Under the pieces are notes generated by a model. It worked only from the letters and a program-made list of their open reading frames with translations. It did not search any database and was not told the origin of the DNA. 64,000 bases of DNA, taken from the NCBI GenBank assembly GCA_031409275.1, contig JANNXA010000010.1, forward strand, positions 96,001 to 160,000, written 5' to 3'. The DNA comes from Planctomycetota bacterium (GTDB lineage Bacteria > Planctomycetota > B15-G4 > SIAN01). Below, piece by piece: positions 43,632 to 52,975 of this stretch; the stretch's first letter is position 1, and every line of letters starts with the position of its first letter. Both the position numbers and the translations under genes were made by a program.

Positions 43632-45101
43632 TCAGCCGCGAGCGGCGCGACGCGCCAGCCAGCCGACGCCAAGCGTCCCCAGCGATCCGACCAGCGCGTA
43701 CCACGGCCAGGCCAGCGGCGTGAAGCGCCAGATCGCCGTCATGCCGGCAAGGCCGACGCAGAACGCCGTCAGCGCCGCGGTGCTGTCTCGCGTGCGCGCC
43801 AACGGATCGATCGGCAGAGGTCCGAGCATGCGCGCCAGGAAGAAGAGGCCGAGCGTGATGCCGCTGGTGAAGCTCGCGATCTGCAGCACGACGTCGACCA
43901 CGCTGCGTTCGAGCGCCGTGCCGCACAACGCCAGCGCCCCCTGCAGGAGCGCGAATCCCAGCGTCGCGACGCGCGCGACACGCAGACGCGCCCGATCGTC
44001 ATGGGCGAGCCGTTTCCACGACCCCGCGAAGTCGTTGACCAGCGCGCTCGCCGAGGCGTTGAGCGAACTCGACAGCGTCGACATCGACACCGCGAAGACG
44101 GCGCCGAGGATCAACCCGACCGCGCCCGGCAGCTCGGTGAGGCGCGTCACGATGAAAGCGGCGAAGACCGAGTCGCCTTTGCCAAGCGGCGGATCTTGCG
44201 GCCGATCGATGAACCACGCGTGCAACGCGAGCCCGAGCAGCAGGAACAGCCCGAACTGCAGCAGCACGACGACGCCGCTCGTCACCATCGCGCGCCGGGC
44301 GCCGCGCTGGTCCTTGGCGCACAAGTAGCGCTGCACCATGAGCTGATCGGTGCCGTGCGTCGCCAGCGTGAGGAACGCGCCGCCGAGCAATCCAGCGAGC
44401 AGCGTGTCGGTGCGCGTCAGGTCGAGGCCGAAGTCGAAGATGCGCAGCTTCCCGGCGACGTTCGCGCGCGCGACGACCTCCGCGAGGCCACCGCGAGTGT
44501 CGCTCGCGGCGACGGCCAGCGCCAGGACGCCGCCGCCGACATAGATGAAGAACTGCACGACATCGGTCCACACCACCGCGCGCACGCCACCGAACCACGT
44601 GTAGGCGACGGTCACTCCCGCCATCAACGCCACCGCTCCCGAAAGCGGCCAGCCGGTCAGGAGATGCAGCGGCAGCGCGGTGAGGTAGAGGCGCAGGCCA
44701 TCGCCGAGCGTGCGCGTCACCAGGAACAGCAGCGAACTCGACCGCTTCACGCGCGATCCGAAGCGCTGGCCGAGCACTTCGTAGGCCGTCAGCACTCGCC
44801 CCTCGAAATAGAGCGGCAGCAGCAGGCGAGCGACCACCAGCCGCCCCACCACGTATCCCAGCGGCAGCTGCAGGAAGCGCAGGTCACCGCCGAATGCGAT
44901 CCCCGGCACGCTGAGGAAGGTGACGCTGCTCGTTTCCGTGGCGACGATCGAGAGGAGGACCGCCCCCCACGGCACGTCGCGCTCACCGGCCAGGAAGCTC
45001 GTCGTCGACTGTGCCCGTCGCCCGAGGAGGAGCCCGGCCGCGAGCGCCACCACCAGCGTCGCCACCAGCACCAGAACGTCGAGCGGCGAGAGGTCACCCA
45101 A
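43632..45101 (-). CDS. Sodium:solute symporter (SSS family)
   Basis: SIVATETSSVTFLSVPG, GGVRAVVWTDVVQ, HGTDQLMVQRYLCAK, MSTLSSSLNA. TTG start with a GGAGG RBS. Confidence 0.92.
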   Translation of the reverse strand: MGDLSPLDVLVLVATLVVALAAGLLLGRRAQSTTSFLAGERDVPWGAVLLSIVATETSSVTFLSVPGIAFGGDLRFLQLPLGYVVGRLVVARLLLPLYFEGRVLTAYEVLGQRFGSRVKRSSSLLFLVTRTLGDGLRLYLTALPLHLLTGWPLSGAVALMAGVTVAYTWFGGVRAVVWTDVVQFFIYVGGGVLALAVAASDTRGGLAEVVARANVAGKLRIFDFGLDLTRTDTLLAGLLGGAFLTLATHGTDQLMVQRYLCAKDQRGARRAMVTSGVVVLLQFGLFLLLGLALHAWFIDRPQDPPLGKGDSVFAAFIVTRLTELPGAVGLILGAVFAVSMSTLSSSLNASASALVNDFAGSWKRLAHDDRARLRVARVATLGFALLQGALALCGTALERSVVDVVLQIASFTSGITLGLFFLARMLGPLPIDPLARTRDSTAALTAFCVGLAGMTAIWRFTPLAWPWYALVGSLGTLGVGWLARRAARG

Positions 45102-45157
45102 GATTTGCTGCCTCCCCGCTCTTTCGCCCCGTCGTGCGCGGCGGTTTTATCTACGCC

Positions 45158-46969
45158 ATGAGCCAGCGCCCCGACCCGAACCTTCCGCTGACCGAAAAGT
45201 CCCATCCGGCCGCGGCGCACCTCGACGCGATGCCCACGCGCGACCTCGTCCTGCTGATGAACGACGAGGACGCCCACGTCGCTGCGGCGGTCCGTCGCGA
45301 ACTCGACTCGATCGCGCAGGCCATCGACGCCATCGCGGCACGGCTGCGCGACGGCGGCCGACTGCTCTACGTGGGCGCCGGAACATCGGGGCGACTCGGC
45401 GTGCTCGACGCATCCGAATGTCCACCCACCTTCGGCACGCCGCCGGAGCTCGTGGTCGGCGTGATCGCCGGCGGGCACGCGGCGCTGACTCGCGCGCAGG
45501 AAGGCGCCGAAGATGACGAGGAGGCGGCGCGCGACGCGCTGCGAGCACTCGCCGTCGGCGCGAAGGATGCCGTCGTCGGGATCTCGGCCAGCGGCGCCAC
45601 GCCGTACGTCCTCGCCGCGCTCGTCCACGCCAGGAGCGTCGGTGCGCTCGCGGTCGCGCTGAGCTGCAACCCGGGCACGCCGCTCGCGCGCGTCGCCACT
45701 CTCGCCATCACCCCCGTCACCGGGCCCGAAGTGGTCGCCGGCTCGACGCGACTGAAAGCCGGTAGCGCCACCAAGCTCGTGCTGAACATGCTGTCGACCG
45801 GCGTCATGGTCCGGCTCGGCCGCGTGCAGGGCAACCAGATGGTCGACCTGAAGGCCAGCAACAAGAAGCTGATCGAGCGCTCCGAGCGCATGGTGGAAGA
45901 GCTCGGACACGTCGATCGCGAGCAGGCGCGCGCGCTGCTGGCTGCGCACGGCGGTTCCGTGCGCGCGGCGCTGCAAGCGCTGGCACCGGCCGCCGCGACG
46001 GCGCGCGCCGCGAACGAACCGGGCTGGCTCGCCGGCATCGACGGCGGCGGCAGCAAGACCGCCATCGCGCTGGCGGCGCCCGTCGGCGCCGAGCGCGCGG
46101 TCGCACCGATGCGCATCGCGCAGCCTTGCAACTTCGCCACCGACTTCGACGGCGCGCTGCAAGCCGTCGAGGAGGCGATCGCGGTGGCCTCGGCCACGAG
46201 CGATCGACCGAGCGGGCCGCTCGCCGCGGTGGTGATCGCCGCTGCCGGCACCAGCGATCCGCTGCTACGCGCACGCGCTTGCGAGCGGCTGCGCGCGCGC
46301 GGCCTCGCGACGCAGGTCGAGCTGCTGCATGACGCGGCGCCGCTGTTGATGGCGTCGGCACCCCACGCGACCGGGGTCGTCGTGCTCTCCGGCACCGGCT
46401 CGTTCGCGTTCGCGCGCGATCTGCATGGGCAGGCCGCGCGCGCCGGCGGCCTCGGCTCGCTGCTCGGCGACGACGGCAGCGCCTATGAACTCGGTCGCTT
46501 CGCGTTGCGCGCCGCGGCACGCGCGGCGGACGGGCGCGGCGCGAAGCTGGCGCTGGTGCGCGCCGTCTTCGCCGCGATCGGCAGCGATGACGCGCGCGCG
46601 GTGGTCCGCTACGCGTGGGAGTTGCGCAGCCCGCAGCGCATCGCCGAGCTCGCACCGTTGGTCACGCAGGCCGCGGAAGCTGGCGATCCGGTGGCGCAGC
46701 AACTCGTCGAGCGCGCCGCCAGCGAGCTCGCCCTGATGGCGAAGACGGTGGTGCGCAAGCTCGCATGGCGCGGCCGCGTGCCGCTGGTGCTGGCCGGCGG
46801 CGTCTTCGACCATGCGCCGGCGCTGCGGCGCGGGGTCGTCGCGGCGCTGCAGGGCATGGGGGTCAGTGCCGACGTGCTGCCGAGCGGCGATGCGGCCCTC
46901 GGCGCGCTGAGCCTCGCCCGCGAGCTGCAGGCGGGGCGCCTCGACGCCGCCGGTTGGTTCCCGGCCTGA
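45158..46969 (+). CDS. murQ: Fusion: N-acetylmuramic acid 6-phosphate etherase + BadF/BadG/BcrA/BcrD (GlcNAc/MurNAc kinase-like) ATPase
   Basis: GAGTSGRLGVLDASECPPTFG, EGAEDD, GPEVVAGSTRLKAG, NQMVD; then GIDGGGSKT, LSGTGS, GSLLGDDGSAY, LAGGV. Confidence 0.92.
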   Translation: MSQRPDPNLPLTEKSHPAAAHLDAMPTRDLVLLMNDEDAHVAAAVRRELDSIAQAIDAIAARLRDGGRLLYVGAGTSGRLGVLDASECPPTFGTPPELVVGVIAGGHAALTRAQEGAEDDEEAARDALRALAVGAKDAVVGISASGATPYVLAALVHARSVGALAVALSCNPGTPLARVATLAITPVTGPEVVAGSTRLKAGSATKLVLNMLSTGVMVRLGRVQGNQMVDLKASNKKLIERSERMVEELGHVDREQARALLAAHGGSVRAALQALAPAAATARAANEPGWLAGIDGGGSKTAIALAAPVGAERAVAPMRIAQPCNFATDFDGALQAVEEAIAVASATSDRPSGPLAAVVIAAAGTSDPLLRARACERLRARGLATQVELLHDAAPLLMASAPHATGVVVLSGTGSFAFARDLHGQAARAGGLGSLLGDDGSAYELGRFALRAAARAADGRGAKLALVRAVFAAIGSDDARAVVRYAWELRSPQRIAELAPLVTQAAEAGDPVAQQLVERAASELALMAKTVVRKLAWRGRVPLVLAGGVFDHAPALRRGVVAALQGMGVSADVLPSGDAALGALSLARELQAGRLDAAGWFPA

Positions 46970-47147
46970 CCGACCGCGCGAAAACTCGCCGCTCTTCCCT
47001 GGGAGGCGCCATCGAGCCCACTGCGATGGAACTTCTCGATCCCTGCGCCGAGCGAAGACGAGCCCGTGCAACCTCCTGGAACTGGGCTAGCTTCTGCCGT
47101 CCTGCCCGGGCCTGACACTCGAATCCCGCAACGGAGGAAGAGAAGGA

Positions 47148-49253
47148 ATGAAGCCTGGAATCATCACGTTCGGCGCTCTCGCGCTCGTCGCCACCGGCGT
47201 CGTCGCACAGCAACGGCCTCGCGGCGACGACCAGAATCGCGGCGCCCCGGCCGCGATCGACCTGAGTCGCGAGCACAAGGCGGGCAAGCTCGTCTACCGC
47301 ATGAAGGTGGATGGCGACTCCGCACCGCGCCGCGCGCTCGAAGCGAGTGTCGGCGCCGTCCGCGGCAAGGAGATCTTCAACGGTCTCCTCTACGAGATGG
47401 AGCTCGCTCCCGGCGCCGACCTGCGCGCCGCGTTGACGAAGCTCAGCGCCGACCCGCGCGTGAAGTACGCGCAGCCGAGCTGGATCTACCACGTCGACAA
47501 CACGCCCAACGACCCGTCGTTCACGTCGCAGTGGGGTTGGGACCAGGCGAATGACGCCGACATCGACGCGACCGAGGCGTGGGACACGGCGACCGACGCC
47601 ACCGCCGCGCTCATCGCGGTGATCGACACCGGCATCGACTACAACCACCAGGACCTCGCCGCGAACATCTGGGTCAACCCGGACGAGATCGCCGGCAACG
47701 GCATCGACGACGACGCCAACGGCTGGATCGACGACATCCACGGCGCCGACACCGTCAACAACGACGGCGATCCGATGGACGACCACTCGCACGGCACCCA
47801 CTGCGCCGGCACCATCGGCGCGGTCGGCAACAACGGCGTCGGCGTCACCGGCGCCAGCTGGAACGCGCGCATCATGGCGCTCAAGTTCCTCGACGCCGGC
47901 GGCTCCGGCGACACCGCGGATGCGGTCGAGGCGATCGACTACGCCGTGCGCAAGGAAGCGCACGTGACCAGCAACTCCTGGGGCGGGTACGGGACCGACC
48001 AGGCGCTCTACGACGCGATCGACGCGGCGGGCGACTGCGGCCAGCTCTTCGTCGCGGCGGCTGGCAACAACGCGATCAACATCGAAGGGCAGTTCTGGCT
48101 GCCAAGCGGCTTCGACCTCGACGAGATCGTCAGCATTGCGGCGACGAACTCGGGCGACGGCCTCGCGTGGTTCAGCAACTGGGGCCCGATCAGCGTCGAC
48201 CTCGCGGCGCCGGGCGAGAGCATCCTCTCGACGACGCCGGGCAACGGCTACTCCTACTTCTCAGGCACCTCGATGGCCACGCCGCACGTCGCGGGCGTCG
48301 CCAACATGCTCTTCGCCCTGTCCGGCACGCGCGATGGACTCGCGGTCAAGCAGTGGATCATGGACAGCGTCGATCCGCTGCCCGCCCTGTCAGGCCTGAT
48401 GGTCACCGGCGGTCGCCTCAACTATGACGCGGCCCTCGACCAGATCCCGGCCGCGCCGACGCTGCCGAGCAGCGGCATCCTCTTCTCGCTGCGCAAGAAC
48501 ACGACGATCGGCGCGCAGACGATGTTCCGCTGGGACGTCTGGCACCTCGACCCGGTCACGGGCCTCTACACGCTGGTCTATGACGGGCTCGACGTGCAGG
48601 CAGCGCCGACCAACATCGACGCCGTCGCCGCCATGCCGGACGGCAGCCTGCTGATGAGCTTCAACCAGACCACGACGATGGTCTGCCTCTTCGGCGGCCC
48701 CAACGGCAACGTCGTCGACGAGCAGGACATCGTCCGCTTCGTGCCCTACAGCTACGGCAGCACGACCTTCGGCCACTTCGAGTTCTATCTCGATGGCAGC
48801 GACATCGGCCTCGACACGGTCGACGAGGACATCGACGCGCTCGCGCTCGATGGCACCGGCAACCTGCTGATCTCGACGCAAGGGCAGTTCAGCGTCCCCG
48901 GCCTGAGCGGGTTCAACGAGGACGTGCTGCTGTTCGCGCCGACGGCGCTCGGCAAGAACAGCGCGGGCTCGATCTCGATGTTCCTGCGCGGCCAGGACCC
49001 CGACGTCAAGCTCGGCCAGTCGACCGAGAACATCGACGCGATCGACTTCGATTCCGCCACCAACACGATGTTCATCTCGACCGACGGCAACTTCCAGGTG
49101 CCGGTGAGCCTCACCGGACAGAACGACGACATCCTCGAGTTCGTCGGCACGGCGTGGGGCACCAACCCTGCCGGCACCTTCACGATCGGGTTCGACGGGG
49201 CGCCTTACGGCCTCGACCCGCACGACACCGATGCGCTCGAGATCCTGCCCTGA
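47148..49253 (+). CDS. Secreted subtilisin-like S8 serine peptidase with a C-terminal repeat domain
   Basis: Catalytic motifs VIDTG, HGTHCAG, AAAGN, GTSMATPHVAG; signal peptide and prodomain. Confidence 0.93.
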   Translation: MKPGIITFGALALVATGVVAQQRPRGDDQNRGAPAAIDLSREHKAGKLVYRMKVDGDSAPRRALEASVGAVRGKEIFNGLLYEMELAPGADLRAALTKLSADPRVKYAQPSWIYHVDNTPNDPSFTSQWGWDQANDADIDATEAWDTATDATAALIAVIDTGIDYNHQDLAANIWVNPDEIAGNGIDDDANGWIDDIHGADTVNNDGDPMDDHSHGTHCAGTIGAVGNNGVGVTGASWNARIMALKFLDAGGSGDTADAVEAIDYAVRKEAHVTSNSWGGYGTDQALYDAIDAAGDCGQLFVAAAGNNAINIEGQFWLPSGFDLDEIVSIAATNSGDGLAWFSNWGPISVDLAAPGESILSTTPGNGYSYFSGTSMATPHVAGVANMLFALSGTRDGLAVKQWIMDSVDPLPALSGLMVTGGRLNYDAALDQIPAAPTLPSSGILFSLRKNTTIGAQTMFRWDVWHLDPVTGLYTLVYDGLDVQAAPTNIDAVAAMPDGSLLMSFNQTTTMVCLFGGPNGNVVDEQDIVRFVPYSYGSTTFGHFEFYLDGSDIGLDTVDEDIDALALDGTGNLLISTQGQFSVPGLSGFNEDVLLFAPTALGKNSAGSISMFLRGQDPDVKLGQSTENIDAIDFDSATNTMFISTDGNFQVPVSLTGQNDDILEFVGTAWGTNPAGTFTIGFDGAPYGLDPHDTDALEILP

Positions 49254-49306
49254 GCGCGCTGCGGTGAACGACCGGCGGCAAGGGGCCGCAAGTTCCTGAA
49301 CGCATG

Positions 49307-49343
49307 CGGGGGAGCGGGCGCGAGCTCGCTCCCCCGTTCCTTT
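49307..49343 (+). terminator. Probable intrinsic terminator after the S8 peptidase
   Basis: 13-bp stem CGGGGGAGCGGGC-GCGA-GCTCGCTCCCCCG (one G-U pair) followed by TTCCTTT. Confidence 0.6.
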
Positions 49344-49407
49344 GCTGCACGCGGCATGATCGGCGACCCGTGCGCCCGCCTCGGCGCGCACTCGCCGAGG
49401 ACTCGCG

Positions 49408-51954
49408 ATGCTCTTCGCTGCGCTCGCCGCCTGCTCGTTCCTGGCCTCCGAGCCCACCCTCGTGCGCGACTGGCGAGTGATCGCGCCGCTCGACGAACGG
49501 GGCCGCCGCGCGTTCAACCCCAGCGCCGTGCTCGCCCACCACCTGCTCGATCGCAACGCGCCGCCGCCCATCGTCGGCGAGAAGCTCCTCGGCGAGCGCG
49601 GCGTCGAGCAGCCTTGGGAGCGGCGCACCGCCGATGCGAACGGCAGCGTCAGCGGCGCTCCGATCGCGGCCGCCTGCGCGCTGCTCGAGTGGCCGCGCAG
49701 CGAAGTGGTGCTGGCCGACCTCGACGGCGCCACCACGCTGTGGGTGAACGGCACGCCGCAGGTCGGCGACGTCTACGGCGATGGCATCGGCGGGCTGCCG
49801 GTGGCACTGAACAAGGGAACGAACCGGCTCGTCGTCACCGGCGTGCGCGGCAGCTTCCGACTCGCGCTCTCGACGCCGAGCGCGCCGCTGATCGCGAACC
49901 CGTTCGACGCGACGCTGCCCGATCTGGTGGTGGGCGGACGTTCGTGGGAGATGCGCACTGGAATCGACGCGGCGATCGTCGTGATGAACGCGAGCGCCGC
50001 GCCGCTGCCGCAAGTCGTGGTCGAGAGCGGCTCGGCGGACGAGAGCGCGCCGTTCGAATTCGTCACGACCGTCGAGCGCGCGGGGCTGCCGCCGCTGGGC
50101 CTTCGAAAGGTGGCGCTCCGGCTCCAGGCTCGAACGGAGCATCCCGTTTTCCAGGCGCCTGGCCGAGTCACGGTGCCGATCACCGTGCGTGCGGGCGACC
50201 ACGTCGCGACGACGACCCTCTCGCTCGAGCTCAAGCCGGCGCTCGCGCTGCGCCGCCAGACGCGCCGTTCACGCATCGACGACTCGGTGCAGGAGTACGC
50301 CGTGCTTCCGCCAAACGACGGCGCCGCCGACTCGCTGGTGCTGACGCTGCACGGCGCCGGTGTCGACGCGTTCGGCCACGCCGGCAGCTACTCGGCGAAG
50401 CCCGATTTCTGGGTCGTCGCGCCCACCAACCGTCGCCGCTTCGGCTTCGACTGGCAGGACTGGGGCCGTCTTGACGCCTACGAAACGCTGACCGACGCCT
50501 GCTTCCGGATCGGCGGCGACCTCAAGGAAGGCACGTCGTCGATCGACCCGACGCGGCCGCACCGCCGCGTCTACCTCACGGGCCACTCGATGGGCGGCCA
50601 CGGGACGTGGCATCTCGCCGCCAACGATCCCGCGACCTTCGCCGCCATCGCCCCGAGCGCCGGCTGGTCGAGCTTCGACAGCTACGGCGGCCGACCCGCG
50701 GGCGCGCTGGCAGAGCTCTGGCAGGCGGCCGACGGCGCGTCGCGCACGCTCTCGCTGATCGACAACCTGAAGCAGTTGCCGACCTTCGTGCTCCACGGCA
50801 CCGCCGACGACAACGTGCCGGCGAGCGAGGCGCGCCTGATGCTCGACGCGCTCGCGAGCGCCGGCGCGGAACCGGCGAGCCACCTGCAGGAAGGGGCGGG
50901 CCACTGGTGGGACGGCGACGCGTCGCCTGGCGCCGACTGCGTCGACTGGCCGGCGATCTTCGAGCTCTTCCGCAGCCACCGCCGCTCGACGCCGATCCAT
51001 GCCGTCTCGTTCACCTCGAACGACCCGTCGACCCAGGCGAGCTGCGACTGGATCCACGTCGAGCAGCTCGAACGCTACGGCCAGCCGTTTCGTGTCGACG
51101 CAACGTGGGATCCCGTGTCGCGCACCGGCACGGTCACGACGCGCAACGTCTTGCGCCTCTGGCTGCGAACGCCCGACCTCGCCGACGTCGCGACGTGGAC
51201 GCTCGACGGCGCGACCCCGGCGACGACCGCGGCGGAACGAAAGGGCCGCGATCAGAAGTTCGAGCGCCGCGAAGGCCGCTGGCGCAAGGTGGGTGGCGAT
51301 GCCGCTGTGGACGGTGGTTGGACGGAAGCGGGCAAGTTCGTCAGCAGCTGGCCGTTCCCTTCGATCGGCCCGTTCAAGCGCGTGTTCGACGACCATTTCG
51401 TCCTCGTCTACGGCACCCAGGGAACGCCGGCCGAGACGCGCGAACTGCTCGATCGCGCCCGCTTCGACGCCGCCCACTGGTGGTACCGCGCCAACGGCCG
51501 CGCCGTATTGGTGAGCGACGTGCAGTGGCTGGCGCTCGATCGCGGCATCGATCTGCTCGACGATTGGGATCGCCCGTCGCGCGAGGACCGCTATCCCAAC
51601 GTCCTCCTCTACGGCAACCGCGACAGCAACGCCGCCTGGGCCGAGCTGGTGCCGTCGAACGCACCCTTCGACGCCGCACGCGGCGAGCTTCGCCTCGGCG
51701 ACAAGCGGTTCGAGGGGTACTCGCTCGGCGCCTGCGTCGTGCTGCCGCGGCGCCGCCTCGGTGGCCTCGTCGGCCTCTGCGCCGACACCGGCGCGCGCGG
51801 CACGCGGCTCGGCTACGTGCTGACGCCCTTCATCAGCGGCGTCGGCTATCCCGACTTCACGCTCTTCTCGGCCGACGTGCTGACGAAAGGCGACGGCGGC
51901 GTGCTGGCCGCAGGCTGGTTCGATTCGCGCTGGCGCGTGCAGGACGATCGATGA
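49408..51954 (+). CDS. Exported alpha/beta hydrolase (S9/esterase-like), multidomain
   Basis: LTLHGAG, nucleophile elbow GHSMGG, LHGTADDNVP, GAGHWW. Confidence 0.8.
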   Translation: MLFAALAACSFLASEPTLVRDWRVIAPLDERGRRAFNPSAVLAHHLLDRNAPPPIVGEKLLGERGVEQPWERRTADANGSVSGAPIAAACALLEWPRSEVVLADLDGATTLWVNGTPQVGDVYGDGIGGLPVALNKGTNRLVVTGVRGSFRLALSTPSAPLIANPFDATLPDLVVGGRSWEMRTGIDAAIVVMNASAAPLPQVVVESGSADESAPFEFVTTVERAGLPPLGLRKVALRLQARTEHPVFQAPGRVTVPITVRAGDHVATTTLSLELKPALALRRQTRRSRIDDSVQEYAVLPPNDGAADSLVLTLHGAGVDAFGHAGSYSAKPDFWVVAPTNRRRFGFDWQDWGRLDAYETLTDACFRIGGDLKEGTSSIDPTRPHRRVYLTGHSMGGHGTWHLAANDPATFAAIAPSAGWSSFDSYGGRPAGALAELWQAADGASRTLSLIDNLKQLPTFVLHGTADDNVPASEARLMLDALASAGAEPASHLQEGAGHWWDGDASPGADCVDWPAIFELFRSHRRSTPIHAVSFTSNDPSTQASCDWIHVEQLERYGQPFRVDATWDPVSRTGTVTTRNVLRLWLRTPDLADVATWTLDGATPATTAAERKGRDQKFERREGRWRKVGGDAAVDGGWTEAGKFVSSWPFPSIGPFKRVFDDHFVLVYGTQGTPAETRELLDRARFDAAHWWYRANGRAVLVSDVQWLALDRGIDLLDDWDRPSREDRYPNVLLYGNRDSNAAWAELVPSNAPFDAARGELRLGDKRFEGYSLGACVVLPRRRLGGLVGLCADTGARGTRLGYVLTPFISGVGYPDFTLFSADVLTKGDGGVLAAGWFDSRWRVQDDR

Positions 51955-52907
51955 ACCGCAGCGTGCGCGACGCTCGCCGCGCCGACACGCGCGGCCTCTG
52001 GCTGATGGTCGCGTCGGCGGCCTGCTTCGCGGCGATGGCCCCCTTCTCGCGCCGCTGGCTCCAGGCGATCGAGCCGCAGAGCATCGTGCTCGCACGCGCG
52101 GTCGTGATGACCGGCGTCTTCGTCGCGTGGGCCGCGCTGCGCCGCATCGACCTGCGCGGACACGATCGGCGCGGGCTGCTGCTGCGCGGCGTGGTCGGAT
52201 GGCTGGCGATCAGCTGCTACGTCTGGTCGACGCAGCACCTGCCTTCGGGACAGGCGGTGCTGTTGCAGTACAGCCATCCGGTCTTCGTTGCGTTGCTCGC
52301 GCCGTGGCTGCTGCGCGAACGGCCGGGACCGATGCACTGGCCGCTGGTCCTGGCCGGGCTCGTCGGGCTGTGCATCGCGCTGGAGGTGGCGCACGAGTTC
52401 GACCGAGCCGCGACGATCGGGCTGGTCGGCGCGCTGCTCTCGGGCATCGCCTACCTCACCGTACGGCGCATCTCGGCCACCGAACGGCCGCTCACCATCG
52501 TCTTCTGGTTCTCCTGGGTGATGCTGCCGTGCTCGCTCGCGAGCTTCGCGCTGCCCGACTCGCTGATCGACGCACTTGCCGCGAGCGTCGGCGCGTTGCC
52601 GGAAACTGCGCTCGCGGCCGCGGAGCGTCACGTGTTGCCGCGAACCGGCGGCGAGTGGCTCGGCTACGCCGGGGTCGTCGTGGCCGGTCTGATCGGGCAG
52701 GTGACGCTGACGGAGGGGTTGAAGCGCGCCGGAGCCGCTCGCGCGGTCGCGGTGACAATGGTCGGCCCGCTGTTCGGCATCGCCTTCGACCAGCTCTTCT
52801 TCCGCCGCGCGCCCACCCCGCTGGTGCTGGCGGGGACGCTGCTGGTCGTCACCGCGGTCGTGCTCCTCGCCTTCTTCAAGCCTGCGCCGGCCACCGTCGA
52901 CGGATGA
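51951..52907 (+). CDS. DMT/EamA family transporter
   Basis: About 10 TM segments; LLQYSHPVFVALLAPWLLRE. ATG overlaps the upstream stop. Confidence 0.85.
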   Translation: MNRSVRDARRADTRGLWLMVASAACFAAMAPFSRRWLQAIEPQSIVLARAVVMTGVFVAWAALRRIDLRGHDRRGLLLRGVVGWLAISCYVWSTQHLPSGQAVLLQYSHPVFVALLAPWLLRERPGPMHWPLVLAGLVGLCIALEVAHEFDRAATIGLVGALLSGIAYLTVRRISATERPLTIVFWFSWVMLPCSLASFALPDSLIDALAASVGALPETALAAAERHVLPRTGGEWLGYAGVVVAGLIGQVTLTEGLKRAGAARAVAVTMVGPLFGIAFDQLFFRRAPTPLVLAGTLLVVTAVVLLAFFKPAPATVDG

Positions 52908-52975
52908 AGCGCTACCCCAAGCACTCGAGGTCGCGCTATGGTGCCGCACCGATTCGCACCGTCGAGGGAACCCAC

